Below, piece by piece: positions 28,202-39,732 of a stretch of DNA of 64,000 nt (its first letter is position 1; the number at the start of each line of letters is the position of its first letter). Origin of the DNA: a virus. Lineage: Duplodnaviria > Heunggongvirae > Uroviricota > Caudoviricetes. The stretch lies in the IMG/VR virus record IMGVR_UViG_3300050821_018098; one strand, 5' to 3'. The notes below the pieces were generated by a model that did no database searches, had not been told where the DNA came from, and saw nothing but the letters and a program-made list of their open reading frames with translations. The position numbers and the translations under genes were made by a program.

Positions 28202-28669
28202 TTACTTTAGTTGGATATAGTAGTCCCAACCCTCTTTATCATCGCTGGCTTCTTTCTTAGTAATAATTACATTCTCTTTTGATTGTTCTTTGTAAATATT
28301 TTCCCAGAACATATCCATAATAGTTGTTCTCTGGCCTTTTTTATGAATAGGATATTTTCTTGATACAATACCTTTTGATTTTTTACTTTCTACAATACTA
28401 AGACATTCTTTAAGCATTGATAGATACAAACCATGTCTTTTATATTTTTCATTAATATCGACTTCCTCAACCTCCCAGAAATTTTCTGTTATATCATGCT
28501 CCAGTTTTATATAAGATATTACTTCATTCTTTTTATTTGTTATAGTTAAACGGATTTCGTGTCTAGTTGATATAAAATGATAATTGTATACATTATCAAA
28601 TTTATCTTTAATTGTTCCGGTCTTCTCATCCTTGTCTATAAAGGCCTCAAATGTTTTTACATATTCCAT
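28202..28669 (-). CDS. GNAT-like acetyltransferase with capsid-targeting-like N-terminus
   Basis: MEYVKTFEAF start; VEEVDINEKYKRHGLYLSML acetyl-CoA-binding motif. Confidence 0.6.
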   Translation of the reverse strand: MEYVKTFEAFIDKDEKTGTIKDKFDNVYNYHFISTRHEIRLTITNKKNEVISYIKLEHDITENFWEVEEVDINEKYKRHGLYLSMLKECLSIVESKKSKGIVSRKYPIHKKGQRTTIMDMFWENIYKEQSKENVIITKKEASDDKEGWDYYIQLK

Positions 28670-28687
28670 GGTATTATATATAAGACT

Positions 28688-29116
28688 ATGAAATATGTTA
28701 AACTATTTGAAAGTTTCGAACCAAATTTTAAAGAATTTGATAGTTATCTATATCATGGAACATCTGATAAAAACCTGAATAATATTTTAGAAAAAGGTAT
28801 TCTAAACAAAAGTTGTTGGGGTTCTGAAAGTATTGCTTTTTACTATGCTGAATGTGTGGTAGATGAAATTGGTGGTAATCCAATTTTAATTAAAATGCCT
28901 TTTAAAAATTTTGCTGATAATAAATTTGAAATAGATTGGCCTTCTATATCAGAACCTATAACTACTATTCTTGGACAAACAGATGAAGAATTAATAGATC
29001 TTTGGTCAAAAGTACCCAATGATGGTACTTGGTTAGATTGTTTAAATATTTTTCATTCTGTGATTTATAAAGGCGATATTTATCCCACAGAAAAAAACAT
29101 TATTGCTGATATATGA
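28688..29116 (+). CDS. ADP-ribosyltransferase-fold protein with capsid-targeting-like N-terminus
   Basis: MKYVKLFESF start (ATG 28688); YLYHGTS..NILEKGI, WGSESIAFYYA. Confidence 0.5.
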   Translation: MKYVKLFESFEPNFKEFDSYLYHGTSDKNLNNILEKGILNKSCWGSESIAFYYAECVVDEIGGNPILIKMPFKNFADNKFEIDWPSISEPITTILGQTDEELIDLWSKVPNDGTWLDCLNIFHSVIYKGDIYPTEKNIIADI

Positions 29117-29658
29117 AATTTACTGATTACATAAAAGAAGAGTTTGCTAATAAAAGCGAATTAAGTATTGTATCCTCATTTATAGAAGCTTTGAAATCTT
29201 TACCGGCCTCTGACATACTTAATAAGTTTGATCACCTTAAAACAACTGTAAAAAAGGAAATGTCTGATATAAATGATCTTATTGATTCTCTCGAGTTTGA
29301 TATTCAAAATATAAATAACAGTTTAGCTCAAGAAGTACTCAATCAGAAGGAACAGGAACGTAATGAGAAAATTGAACAACGTAAAAAGATGCACAGTGTC
29401 GAAAAAGGTATTGATAGTATATTACCCTTGATGAGAAGTATGTTTACTAACATCGATACTCAGAAGAAAGCTTTTAACATTAGTAATTAATACCCAAGCA
29501 TTTTTCTATTCATACTAACATTACTTATCACTTCACCCATATTGCTATTTTTAGCATTTTTAAGTTCAACTTCTTCATTATGTATAATGATCTCCTCTTG
29601 GTACATCCAGTAAGGCCAGTTTTCAATATTTTCGAAGTTATAAGGATATTTAGAGAAT

Positions 29659-31032
29659 CTACGAATGTTTCTTAGTAAATTTCCTAAAGGCACCTGAAAT
29701 AAGGAAAAGGTCTTTTGCTCGTCTGGGAAATACCTTATTGGTGCGGACCTCCCTACCACACGAACATTTCTTAACAAGACCTTTAATACCGAATTTCATA
29801 TAATTAGTTACTGTATCATCAAGATAGGAGAATAATTCAGGCGACAAATCTTTTTCGAAACGAGCCAGTTCTTGTTCTATTTCATCTATTCTTAGATAGT
29901 CCTGATTTATTTTTGTATATGGTATTATTTTATAAAAGGATTCATTTATAGGCAGACGTTTTTTAGCTCTATATTGAGCCCATTCAATAAAAGATGTCTG
30001 GATACCTATAGATGGTGGAGCCATATAAATTGGGTTTTTTCTAAGTGAAGTTGGAAAAGCAAAACAATTACTGTTAGTATCCCAATAAGATTCTATATCT
30101 GGACTAATATCATAATATTCTAAATGTTGACGAACTAATTCTATTTTAATTGGATTATTACATTGACAAGTCGTTGATACAGTTAGCATATTACCTTCCT
30201 GAAAGGTAATCTCTCTTAATAAGAGTATAAGATATAAACGATCTCCCTCTTTAATATCATTTATTGTACCTACAGTACCATTAAATAATACAATCGATAC
30301 ACAATTATCAAGTAAATCATTTAGCTTCTTACGAGCCTCCATAATTGTTTCATTATCAAGTGTTGCTATGTGCTGAATTTCTTTTAATTCTACAGGTCTT
30401 ATTTGTAATCTGGTATTAGGATGATAAAAAACACCATGTGGTAAAGTATGAATATCTATGTCACGCCAAAAGAATTGAGAATCATTTCTCATAGTATTTC
30501 CTCTTTGTGTATAATCTTGTTGAAATTTTTTAGCTTGATGAATCTCTTCATCTTGTAAATAACTATCTTTGGAATTAAAGAAATTTGGTGTTGGTTGTGG
30601 TGGAGCCTGATAAGCATTTTGAAAAGGTATTCTTTTCTCTTCTGGTATATTTCTATTCTGTAAAATAGGTTGTTCTTGCTCTTCTACTGGTTGTTTGTAA
30701 ACATTATTTAATTGCTGTGGTTCAACCAGCACACCATTCTGAAATTGCTCTTTGATAACACCTTTAATTTTTGGTTCATATGGTTTTTTTAGAAAAATAT
30801 CCTGAAATTCTGGAGAATTTAGAAGTTCCTTGTGATTACCCATTGGTATATTGTTCTCTGGTGCTTGAAATTGTGAATGATAATCATTTGGTTTAAGATC
30901 ATTTTTATAGTCAGGAGATTGTTTATTAATATTGGCTTTAGCAGCTTCTTTATCATTTATATACTTGTTAACAACATTTTTCATCATATCATCATTGCTG
31001 TTGTTATTATTATTGTTCTTACGACCACTCAT
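29659..31032 (-). CDS. baseplate hub protein (T4 gp26-like) with low-complexity N-terminus
   Basis: LPHGVFY..IRPVELKE, DRLYLILLLREIT, CQC and CSCG; adjacent to the tail tube gene. Confidence 0.6.
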   Translation of the reverse strand: MSGRKNNNNNNSNDDMMKNVVNKYINDKEAAKANINKQSPDYKNDLKPNDYHSQFQAPENNIPMGNHKELLNSPEFQDIFLKKPYEPKIKGVIKEQFQNGVLVEPQQLNNVYKQPVEEQEQPILQNRNIPEEKRIPFQNAYQAPPQPTPNFFNSKDSYLQDEEIHQAKKFQQDYTQRGNTMRNDSQFFWRDIDIHTLPHGVFYHPNTRLQIRPVELKEIQHIATLDNETIMEARKKLNDLLDNCVSIVLFNGTVGTINDIKEGDRLYLILLLREITFQEGNMLTVSTTCQCNNPIKIELVRQHLEYYDISPDIESYWDTNSNCFAFPTSLRKNPIYMAPPSIGIQTSFIEWAQYRAKKRLPINESFYKIIPYTKINQDYLRIDEIEQELARFEKDLSPELFSYLDDTVTNYMKFGIKGLVKKCSCGREVRTNKVFPRRAKDLFLISGAFRKFTKKHS

Positions 31033-31088
31033 TAGTATAGGATATGTATTTTAGTTATATATGGCCTTTATAGCTCTACAGTAAAAAT

Positions 31089-31118
31089 AAAAAACCCACT
31101 TTTTGAGTGGGCTTTTTT
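31089..31118. terminator. intrinsic terminator after tail tube
   Basis: AAAAAACCCACT-ttttg-AGTGGGCTTTTTT. Confidence 0.75.
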
Positions 31119-31132
31119 ACTTAATTCTAAAA

Positions 31133-31699
31133 TTAAGAAACATCAAAATAAGTATCAGTCCAATAATCACAACAGAATGTAGCTGTGATATCCTGTATTC
31201 CGTTTTCTTTCCAGTTCATATCCCAAGCTGTAAGACCAATAAGTTGACAATTGATATAATCAATTCTTCTTATAACCTCACCAGTTCTATCATGTATATG
31301 GCCTGTGATTTGACCCAACATATCATGTTTATAGTGTAATTCACCGGTTTGACTATTCCAAGCCAAATCATACCATCTTTTTAATAAAGCCCAAACATAA
31401 ACAGTTTTTCTATCTGTTTGATTAATATTGAATGTTATTTTAAATGCTTTTATTGTTGTTGCACCTGGAGTTTTGACATAAAGTCTTCCAGAATATTTGA
31501 ACAATTGTTCAACAACTTCTATTTGTTCTGTAACAGGTAAGCTGATATTAGTCGCATTTTCCATTAACACAATCGGTTCTAGTTCTCCATTTGGTGCTAT
31601 TACTTCTGGTACTCTTGTAACAACTTCAAAAAGATTTTTATAGACCGGCTCCCAACGTGTATCGGTAGAAACTAAGTTTCGAAAATGTGGTAATGCCAT
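31133..31699 (-). CDS. gp19: tail tube protein
   Basis: MALPHF..WEPVYKNLFEV, WYDLAWNSQTG, ATFCCDYW; downstream of the sheath. Confidence 0.85.
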   Translation of the reverse strand: MALPHFRNLVSTDTRWEPVYKNLFEVVTRVPEVIAPNGELEPIVLMENATNISLPVTEQIEVVEQLFKYSGRLYVKTPGATTIKAFKITFNINQTDRKTVYVWALLKRWYDLAWNSQTGELHYKHDMLGQITGHIHDRTGEVIRRIDYINCQLIGLTAWDMNWKENGIQDITATFCCDYWTDTYFDVS

Positions 31700-32701
31700 A
31701 GTTTTGGTTCCTTTTTATTTATATATCAAGTATTGAATCTAATTTTTATCACTACTATTGTAGCATACTGATTAATCTATATATTTAATTTCATATAAAA
31801 GAAATGATGAAAAAATGCAAATTATGTTGAAAAAATAAATTTGTTAAAAAATTTTTAATATTGAATTTTTTTTATAAGTTTGTATAGTAAACCTTAACTT
31901 TTATACTATGTTCATTAAACGATTAATATATTCCTTCGAAGAACATCATAAAAATATTTATTTAGAAATACAACCACCAGAAGCTACATTAGCCTAATTT
32001 TTAGTCATACTATAAAAAATTCAATTCAAACTAAAATTCCTACTTTTATGAATACAAATTATATAGAGACCAAAGGTGCTTTACTACTGATAGTTGTAGA
32101 TAAACTAAAAAAGAAAGAAATTAAATATGATTGGACAAATCAAGAAACAGATAATATCGGTATTATAGCTCAGGGTTTATCTGGTATGACAGTTGATGCT
32201 TTTTCTGATTATTTAATTATGGGTAGAATAGATCTACTAAATGCTTTGGAAGCATTCCCTGATATAGAATATACACCATATGAACTTAATTTCTGGGAAC
32301 CTTTCTCCAGATTAAGTCGATTTTGTTCAAATAATATTACAACTAAGAGATATAAAAGACCTGATATTTTTGATAAGTTAGAATCTTATGGATTCAGCGA
32401 TAAAGATTTGGATTCTTTACAAAATTTAAATGATCCTGAAATTTTAAAAAATTCGAAGATAAGGGTTACAGAGAATTATCAAAATGTTCTTTCCAATTTT
32501 ATCGAATATGTTAATACTTGGGTGAATATAATGTCTAAAAATACAGTAACAGCATGAAAAAATTAGTAGGAAAATTATTATGTTATATGAAGTTTCATAA
32601 TTATACAAAATGGGAACATACAGGATGTCCTACGTGGGGATTTAATGCCAGAAATTGTAAAAGATGTAATAAATGTCAAGATTCTCTTACATCATAGAAA
32701 T

Positions 32702-32730
32702 AAAAAAGGCCTCATATAGAGGCCTTTTTT
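32702..32730. terminator. bidirectional terminator
   Basis: AAAAAAGGCCTC-atata-GAGGCCTTTTTT. Confidence 0.85.
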
Positions 32731-32750
32731 ATTTCTTCAAAATTATTTAA

Positions 32751-35700
32751 CTATGGTAGTTGAAATCCTCCAGAAGCAATATCACCGGTTTTAAGAACAG
32801 TAATGTTGTTAACAATAATACCCATACCTTTGATTGGTTCAACAAAAGTATCCAAAACACCTATCTGTGCATCAATAATATCAGGTGTGTTATTCGAGTC
32901 ATCACATATATTTAAATAATTTGTAATACCTTGATTTTTAACAAATGTTGCACAAATATCATCAGCTTTTCTTTTTATTTCACTTCTAATATCAGGAGTA
33001 TTAAATCTCCATTGATAAGTTAAAAGCATATCATAAAGTTGATCTTCAAGTTCTATAAGAGCTTCTCTTACGTGAATATAACTTAAAGCTGATGTTATTT
33101 CTGTTTGAGCTGTATTATCTGTTTCAATAGTAAAACCTTTACCCATTTTATAAACAATAGGATTTGCGTGCATTTGATTTAAATTAGTAATATCATCTGG
33201 TGTTAAATCTATTTCAAGATTAGCTATACCATTAATGAGGCCATTATTCAAACCAGCTGCAATTGTCCATGGTTGAACTGTAGCAAGTCTGCTTAGATGT
33301 TTTCTTAAGAAAGTAGTACCAACAAATGATGATGGTGGAAACACAAGAGGTCTTCCATTGTCATTTATAATAACATGTGGAAAGAAATAACCTACTGTAG
33401 TTTCACCAATACCCTGACCAAATGAATATCTGAATGTTGGATTACTTTGTGGGTTAGCACCAAGTGCTATGTATGCTGTTGATAAAACACCATTAGCATC
33501 AATGAAACTTGGTGATGTAGACTTTTTAAAATCTTTAACAGCTGGCATATTTAATATACCAAAGCAATTTAATTTGGTACCACAAAGGTCTACTAATTGT
33601 TGTTTTGATAAAGCTGTTAGACCAAGACCGAATGAATCAATTAAATATCTCCATTCTATTTTATTACGATTTGTTAAACCTTGAGCTATTGGTGTATTTA
33701 CAGCAAGCATATCAAGTATACTACTTTGTTTTGCTTCTGTACCATCTGGTAAACTTTCAGTTCTAATTTTAAATCCATTAAGAACGATAGCCTGGAAAGT
33801 ATTAACATAATCTTCTATAGCAGTATATCTCATTGTTTGTTGTTCTGCTCCGAAAGTTGTTATTGCTATTTGAGCATCTGTTGTTATTTGTGATAAGCTA
33901 GCATCTTGCGAGTAAGCTATTTTGTCAATAACACGAGTTAATCTTCTTGGTACACCAACTACTGTAGACTCATCTACATAAGCTTCAAGATAATCACCAA
34001 CAGCAACAGTTGCATATCTTGTACCATTAACTAATATTTTATTTATATCAAGTACAGCTTCAATCTCAATAGTTTCTTGAAAATTAGATCTTTTTGAGAA
34101 TACTGTAACACTCCTATTACCATTTACTAAATAACTTTTATAAACAGGATCTGTTAATGTTAATGAACCTGTAAGAAGAGTAGGATCCGAAGTAAATTGA
34201 ACATTAAGACTGTTATTTATTAAAAAGAGTCTTAAATAAACAATACTATCTTGATCAGCATTGTGTATTTCTACACCATCAGTTAATCCTTCAGGATTTA
34301 TAGCTTCATTAACGGCTAATTGAAACATATTTGAATAGGTAGAGGTACCTACAGTATAAGGACCAGGAATAGGGCCTGTCACAGAAAGAACTGTGAATAT
34401 ACCATCATTAGTTTTTGATCCTTGTATGTAAATTAATCTATTCGGTATTATACCACCAGTTTCACTATCATATAAAGTAGATAGATTTGTGTAAACCTGG
34501 ATGATATCTGTTCCAGAATTCAAAACAAATTGTGTACCGAATGGATTAGTAAATAAATCTTGATAAAAGTAATCACCACTGTTTATTAAACCTTGTAAGA
34601 AATATTGATAGAATTTAGAATTAGGGGCAACTCGACCTGTACCAGATGATGAAGCACTACCAACAGTCATCATACCCAAAGACCCAAATTGGAATTCATT
34701 ATCGATATAATAAATTTCCACTTGTGAACCTCTATCTATGTAGATATTGGCCGGCATTACAATATTTATGGATTTGTTATCAGTACTAGATACATCATAA
34801 GTAAGCGAATTTATTATGTTATTATTACCACTAGAATCTACAATAACAGATTGACCTTGAATAAGATTAGATTCAATGGATTTAAAAATCATTAATTCTC
34901 TTGTCTTTTTATAATTTGTATCAGGATCACTGTCTTTTGTACCGTTAAATGTTATTATTATCTCATTAGTACCAAGCATTTGAAACTCGATGTCATATAA
35001 TTGTGACATAGTATTATTTCTTCCTGATGTTAATGGTGCCAAAGCAGTAACACTTTCAATACCTACATCACTACCACTTGTACCTTGGTCACCAAGCATT
35101 ACAATACCAACTGGTATCACACCAGAAGCTAAAGGTATTAATGGTACATCTATCCAAGCAGTGAATTTACTTACTTCAAAACCAGTTGCTATACCAAGAA
35201 CACCGTTTCCGTCTATGTAAAGTGTATCTTTTCTTATTTTGCCAAGTGCAACATTTTGTGTTTGAACAACAAAGTTATTTGGAGATATAGTTGAATTAAG
35301 TGTAACATTAAGTCCATTAAGAATCATGTAACCATCAGTATTTAATTGAATTTGACTACTACCAGAACCTGGAGTAACGACAAAATCGCCATTTACAAGA
35401 ACTGGACTAATTTTTGTTTCATCCATAAATTGTCCGTATATAGCATATCCAGATGTACCATCGAAACCAAATACATTACCTGGTGTATTCAATTCAACTT
35501 CAGTGAAAACAATTGATTCTGAAATATTTTCAAGATAAGATAAGTATTGAATAGTTTCTGTATTTTGTCCAACAAGACTATTACCTACAAGGTCAATTAA
35601 ACCGTTGGGTGCATCCGTTTCTATTTTATCCAAATCATAAGTTACAAATAGACCAGTTATATCAGTATCAGCATTTACTAAATTTTCTATGTACATATCT

Positions 35701-36509
35701 CTACCTTGTGAATCACGGAAATAAGGTATTAGTGATACATCATAAAATTTATAAAGTGTCACAGCATTATCATTTAAGAAATTCTGTATAGAACCTTTTC
35801 TAAGACCTTGATTATTAAAATATTTAGACCATTTTGTATCTACAGAGAGTGCTTTATAATTTGACCAATCACCACCAACAACAGCTATAGAAATAATATA
35901 ATCAGAAATAAGCTCTGTTGGGTTAAGATATGTTGGTATTTTTTCTTTACCACCATACCATGCTTCAGTTGTTATATCAAATCCAGTTATTGCTGATTTA
36001 TACATGAAAACTGACGTTTTCTTGTCACTCATATTTGTAATATGAAGTACATGCTTACTATCTGTAGCTGTAGACTGAGCTAAGAATAAAAAAGCATCAG
36101 GATCTCTATCCCAAAATTGATTTTTGTTAAAAAATTTCGAATATGAATCAGTTCTTATAGGTCTATTAAGAACGGTTGGTGAAGTTGATATTGATTGCCA
36201 TTGAAGCACATCCAGATTATCATCTGTAGGAAGAAGATTTAATGCCCATACAGGTGCAGAACTTATAAGATTAGAAATAGTTCTATGAAAATATGAACCT
36301 TTTTTTTCTAAATTTCTATCAACTGGACCAAAGATTTTTGCTAGATCTTGTGGTGTGGATATCAATGTAGGCAGATTTATAGGTCCTTTTCTCGAAAATC
36401 CTGGGACTAAAACTTGTAGTGCTGTTTGTGCAGGAATTTGTTGTATAGATGCATCAATTTCTTCGATATAAATACCAGGTCTTGTGTACTTGGAAATTTG
36501 AATAGCCAT
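32751..36509 (-). CDS. gp18: tail sheath protein, about 1250 aa with large insertion
   Basis: Start MAIQISKYTRPGIYIEEID (36509); VPGFSRKGPINLP; C-terminal HVREALIELE, YQWRFNTPDIRSEI, CDDSNNTPDIID, VEPIKGM. Confidence 0.92.
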   Translation of the reverse strand: MAIQISKYTRPGIYIEEIDASIQQIPAQTALQVLVPGFSRKGPINLPTLISTPQDLAKIFGPVDRNLEKKGSYFHRTISNLISSAPVWALNLLPTDDNLDVLQWQSISTSPTVLNRPIRTDSYSKFFNKNQFWDRDPDAFLFLAQSTATDSKHVLHITNMSDKKTSVFMYKSAITGFDITTEAWYGGKEKIPTYLNPTELISDYIISIAVVGGDWSNYKALSVDTKWSKYFNNQGLRKGSIQNFLNDNAVTLYKFYDVSLIPYFRDSQGRDMYIENLVNADTDITGLFVTYDLDKIETDAPNGLIDLVGNSLVGQNTETIQYLSYLENISESIVFTEVELNTPGNVFGFDGTSGYAIYGQFMDETKISPVLVNGDFVVTPGSGSSQIQLNTDGYMILNGLNVTLNSTISPNNFVVQTQNVALGKIRKDTLYIDGNGVLGIATGFEVSKFTAWIDVPLIPLASGVIPVGIVMLGDQGTSGSDVGIESVTALAPLTSGRNNTMSQLYDIEFQMLGTNEIIITFNGTKDSDPDTNYKKTRELMIFKSIESNLIQGQSVIVDSSGNNNIINSLTYDVSSTDNKSINIVMPANIYIDRGSQVEIYYIDNEFQFGSLGMMTVGSASSSGTGRVAPNSKFYQYFLQGLINSGDYFYQDLFTNPFGTQFVLNSGTDIIQVYTNLSTLYDSETGGIIPNRLIYIQGSKTNDGIFTVLSVTGPIPGPYTVGTSTYSNMFQLAVNEAINPEGLTDGVEIHNADQDSIVYLRLFLINNSLNVQFTSDPTLLTGSLTLTDPVYKSYLVNGNRSVTVFSKRSNFQETIEIEAVLDINKILVNGTRYATVAVGDYLEAYVDESTVVGVPRRLTRVIDKIAYSQDASLSQITTDAQIAITTFGAEQQTMRYTAIEDYVNTFQAIVLNGFKIRTESLPDGTEAKQSSILDMLAVNTPIAQGLTNRNKIEWRYLIDSFGLGLTALSKQQLVDLCGTKLNCFGILNMPAVKDFKKSTSPSFIDANGVLSTAYIALGANPQSNPTFRYSFGQGIGETTVGYFFPHVIINDNGRPLVFPPSSFVGTTFLRKHLSRLATVQPWTIAAGLNNGLINGIANLEIDLTPDDITNLNQMHANPIVYKMGKGFTIETDNTAQTEITSALSYIHVREALIELEDQLYDMLLTYQWRFNTPDIRSEIKRKADDICATFVKNQGITNYLNICDDSNNTPDIIDAQIGVLDTFVEPIKGMGIIVNNITVLKTGDIASGGFQLP

Positions 36510-36579
36510 TGGTATGCGTAATTTTCTTTTATATATCAGGATATTTGTTTGTAAAAATTCGACTACAAAAAATATTTGC

Positions 36580-37740
36580 TTATTTATACATCCATTTAAA
36601 ACCACCAGATGTAATTCTTTTGCCTATACAACAACTACATATAGATCTTCGATCAATATGTAATTTATCCGAGGCTTCATTAGCTGATACCCATTCACTT
36701 ATTATATTTTTATCTAAATCTAATTGTATTACAGCTTTCTTTTTTTTATATGGCTCATTATGATGTTTATCAATTATATCATCATAGCTCCGATCATTCA
36801 AATAATAAAACTTGTAACTATTGAGCTTACCTCTCTTTCCTTTACACATCATATTAATGTATCCATCAGATACGTCATTATCTATTGCTGCTAATATTAA
36901 ACTTTTATAAATAGTTTCTTTGTTTGTTATCTTACATATTTTTTTTACATACTTTTCTGAATTTGAATTTATAGATTCTCTTTTTTTTCTATATTCCTTC
37001 TTTTCTTTAATAGAAATATTAGAATACTCCCATATGAAACCATTTGTTTCACCCTGTAAACCACGACAACATTTTGATATTAATACATAATTTGAATTTG
37101 TGTTTTTTGCTGCTTCTGTTATACTATTATACACTTTAATAATATTATAATTATAATCATACTGTATTATCTTCTTTTTTTGTATATCATTTATTTGAAG
37201 TTCTTCATCATGATACTTCCAATAAAACCCACCAGCTGTTATTGCTTTATGTCTGCAACAAGCAACAATATTAGACATATCTATGTTGTTTTGTAATCCA
37301 GCTTCCACAATACTTTCATATGAAACAATAACTTCTTTTGTTTTCATACAGATTTTATCTATTTTTCTCATAGATAAAATCATATTAGATTTCACACCTT
37401 CTTCACTTATATTAGCAAGTACACCTGTATTATTAATAATTTTCCCTATACTCTTTATAAGAATTGCTTCATTTATTAATGCATTATTCTCGGTAATACC
37501 AGTTAAATACATCTCGCAAAACGGTGTATGTCCACTTTTTTTAATAGCTTTTATTTTATTGTTTTTTAAATTACTGTATTTTAAACTATAAGGATATAGA
37601 TGCATTTTATATCGATCTGATTTACCTTTGCCAACATAAAAAGGTTCGTATAAAAAACAACAATTTACATTTTCATATTCATAACGACCTTTCTTTCTTG
37701 GATCTAAATATACATACACATAATAAAAATTTTTAGACAT
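36580..37740 (-). mobile_element. free-standing GIY-YIG-like homing endonuclease with four NUMOD1-type repeats
   Basis: YYVYVYLDP..PFYVGKGKSDRY; four YxSxxEA...CC..K..T.GG(F/Y)xW repeats; sits between neck and sheath. Confidence 0.8.
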
Positions 37741-37821
37741 AAAAGTTTTTTATGTATATATCTTAGTTAATTCTTCCTACATACTTTTCATAAAATATAT
37801 AAAGAAAAGAAGCTGGTAATT

Positions 37822-38565
37822 ATGACGATAGATTCAATGATCGATTTTATAAATTCTGATCTTACCATGAGTGGTAGTATACCGACATTACTACCACCAT
37901 TAGAAATAAGAAGATTAGTGACTGAAGAAGCGTTACCATACTTTTATCAAAATTATCAATTCTCTTTACAAAAAGCATATCTGTTGGTTCTTAGGAAATC
38001 TTTGCTTAAAGATCCGGATACTGGTTGGACATCAGCTATTCTTCCAGATGAGGTTTTCAGTATTGTAAGAGTTATACCGATATCAGATCCAACACTCTTT
38101 AATATGGGTATAAACGCACCCAATATGAATTTGAATTTAGGTGTAACAAACCAACCATATTTGACTAGTTTTGTTACCACTGTTGGAGAATTAGGTGTTT
38201 ATAAATGTGCTCTTGATGGATTCGCTGATGTTTTAAATATGCTTTCAAAAAACACAATTAAAACAGATTATAATTTTAATAACAATCGTTTTCATATACT
38301 AACTTCTACTAGAGAAAATCTTATATTAGAAGCAAGACTTAAAATAGAATGTGAACGATTATTTGAAGATGAATTATTTAAACGGTATGTAAAAGGACTT
38401 GCGTTGAGACAACTTGGTAGAATGCTTACTAGATATAATTTCCAATTACCTGGTGGATATCAAATCAATGGCGAAGCATTAAAAACTGACGGACAAGCAG
38501 AAATGGATAAAGTTATGGAAACAATAAAAGGTCAAAGTAACGTAACATTTTTCTTTATGAAATAA
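37822..38565 (+). CDS. gp13: neck / head-completion protein
   Basis: FKRYVKGLALRQLG..YNFQLPGGYQING..DGQAEM resembles the T4 gp13 C-terminus. Confidence 0.75.
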   Translation: MTIDSMIDFINSDLTMSGSIPTLLPPLEIRRLVTEEALPYFYQNYQFSLQKAYLLVLRKSLLKDPDTGWTSAILPDEVFSIVRVIPISDPTLFNMGINAPNMNLNLGVTNQPYLTSFVTTVGELGVYKCALDGFADVLNMLSKNTIKTDYNFNNNRFHILTSTRENLILEARLKIECERLFEDELFKRYVKGLALRQLGRMLTRYNFQLPGGYQINGEALKTDGQAEMDKVMETIKGQSNVTFFFMK

Positions 38566-38971
38566 TATATGGTTCCTGGAAGTCCCTGAAGAAATTCAAA
38601 CTTCCAGATTTTTTTATTTAGCATATACCTGATCTATAATAGTATTTAGTACTATTTCTTCAAGAACTAATCTACCCATGAATATTTTTAATATTAAAGA
38701 ATATTTATCAAGTCTCCATCTAAAATTTCCTTGTATACCTGGTATAGGTGTTATAGGTAAATTTTGTGGTGTGGCATTAGCTATAGATTTAAAAAGTGGT
38801 CTCACTTTTAATTGTTCATCATAAATCAAAGTACTATAAGTATTGAATGCTCTATTTGATATAAAACAGTCCTCTATTTGTTTATAATTTTCAGTCATTG
38901 GATATTTTTTATTTTATGTATCATCTGTATACGACCTCCTTAATATATAAAACAAATAAAAACCATACACT

Positions 38972-39337
38972 GTGCAAGATTTTAGAACCTTTCAGGTAAG
39001 ATACCCAGGACACCCGAAATATCAACCAGATGTAGTTCTTATTGATAATCCTGTTATCCATATTATTCAAAAAATCGAAATGTTACTGTTTACTAATAAA
39101 GGAGATTTTATTGGTGACTTGGATCTTGGTTGTGATCTTGAACTTTTAATATGGGAAACAAATGTGTCTGGTGATTATATACAAAATATTGTATTGGAAC
39201 AATTTAATACTTATATACCAGAATTAAGTTTAACTAACTGGACATTATCAGTAGATTTTGTTGAAGGTGATTTTCGTGATATAGCAGTCATAAATATTAC
39301 AGTAAATGATGCTGAAATCACAACTATTTTTAGATAA
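38972..39337 (+). CDS. gp25: baseplate wedge protein gp25-like
   Basis: IQKIEMLLFTNKGDFIGDLDLGCDLELLIWE (GPW/gp25 motif); GTG start. Confidence 0.8.
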   Translation: MQDFRTFQVRYPGHPKYQPDVVLIDNPVIHIIQKIEMLLFTNKGDFIGDLDLGCDLELLIWETNVSGDYIQNIVLEQFNTYIPELSLTNWTLSVDFVEGDFRDIAVINITVNDAEITTIFR

Positions 39338-39384
39338 TTTAGAATATTTTTCAAATATATACATTGTAAAAATAAAATAGAGTA

Positions 39385-39699
39385 ATGGTATTGTTAGATA
39401 TAATGAGTATTGTTGAAAAAGTTATGGAGAAAGTAATTAAGCATATTTCTCCTATGGAAGCTTTATTGTTACTAGTTGTAGGTGCGTTGATGTATTTTAT
39501 ATACTATAAAGACAAAGAAGTTAAAGAATTAAATGCTTATATTCGTGAGAGTGAAAAAGGAAACTTACAAGTATTAAACGAAATTAATAATACACTTGAT
39601 AAAATTACTGAAACAGATAAAATACGTTCTGAATCTTTAATTGATGAATTTAAATCTTTACGTGATTTGATAACATTCAATATGATGAATAAAAAGTAA
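39385..39699 (+). CDS. single-TM coiled-coil protein (holin-like candidate)
   Basis: One hydrophobic helix followed by a charged coiled coil. Confidence 0.3.
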   Translation: MVLLDIMSIVEKVMEKVIKHISPMEALLLLVVGALMYFIYYKDKEVKELNAYIRESEKGNLQVLNEINNTLDKITETDKIRSESLIDEFKSLRDLITFNMMNKK

Positions 39700-39732
39700 T
39701 AAGAGCTCCGAAAGGAGCTTTTTTAATTAAAT

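Noticed and set aside
33469-36763. Plus-strand ORFs within the sheath gene and the 36605 sheath start
   Set aside because: Shadows of gp18; the conserved MAIQ start at 36509, with TATATAA 26 nt upstream, fits better than 36605, which overlaps the endonuclease.
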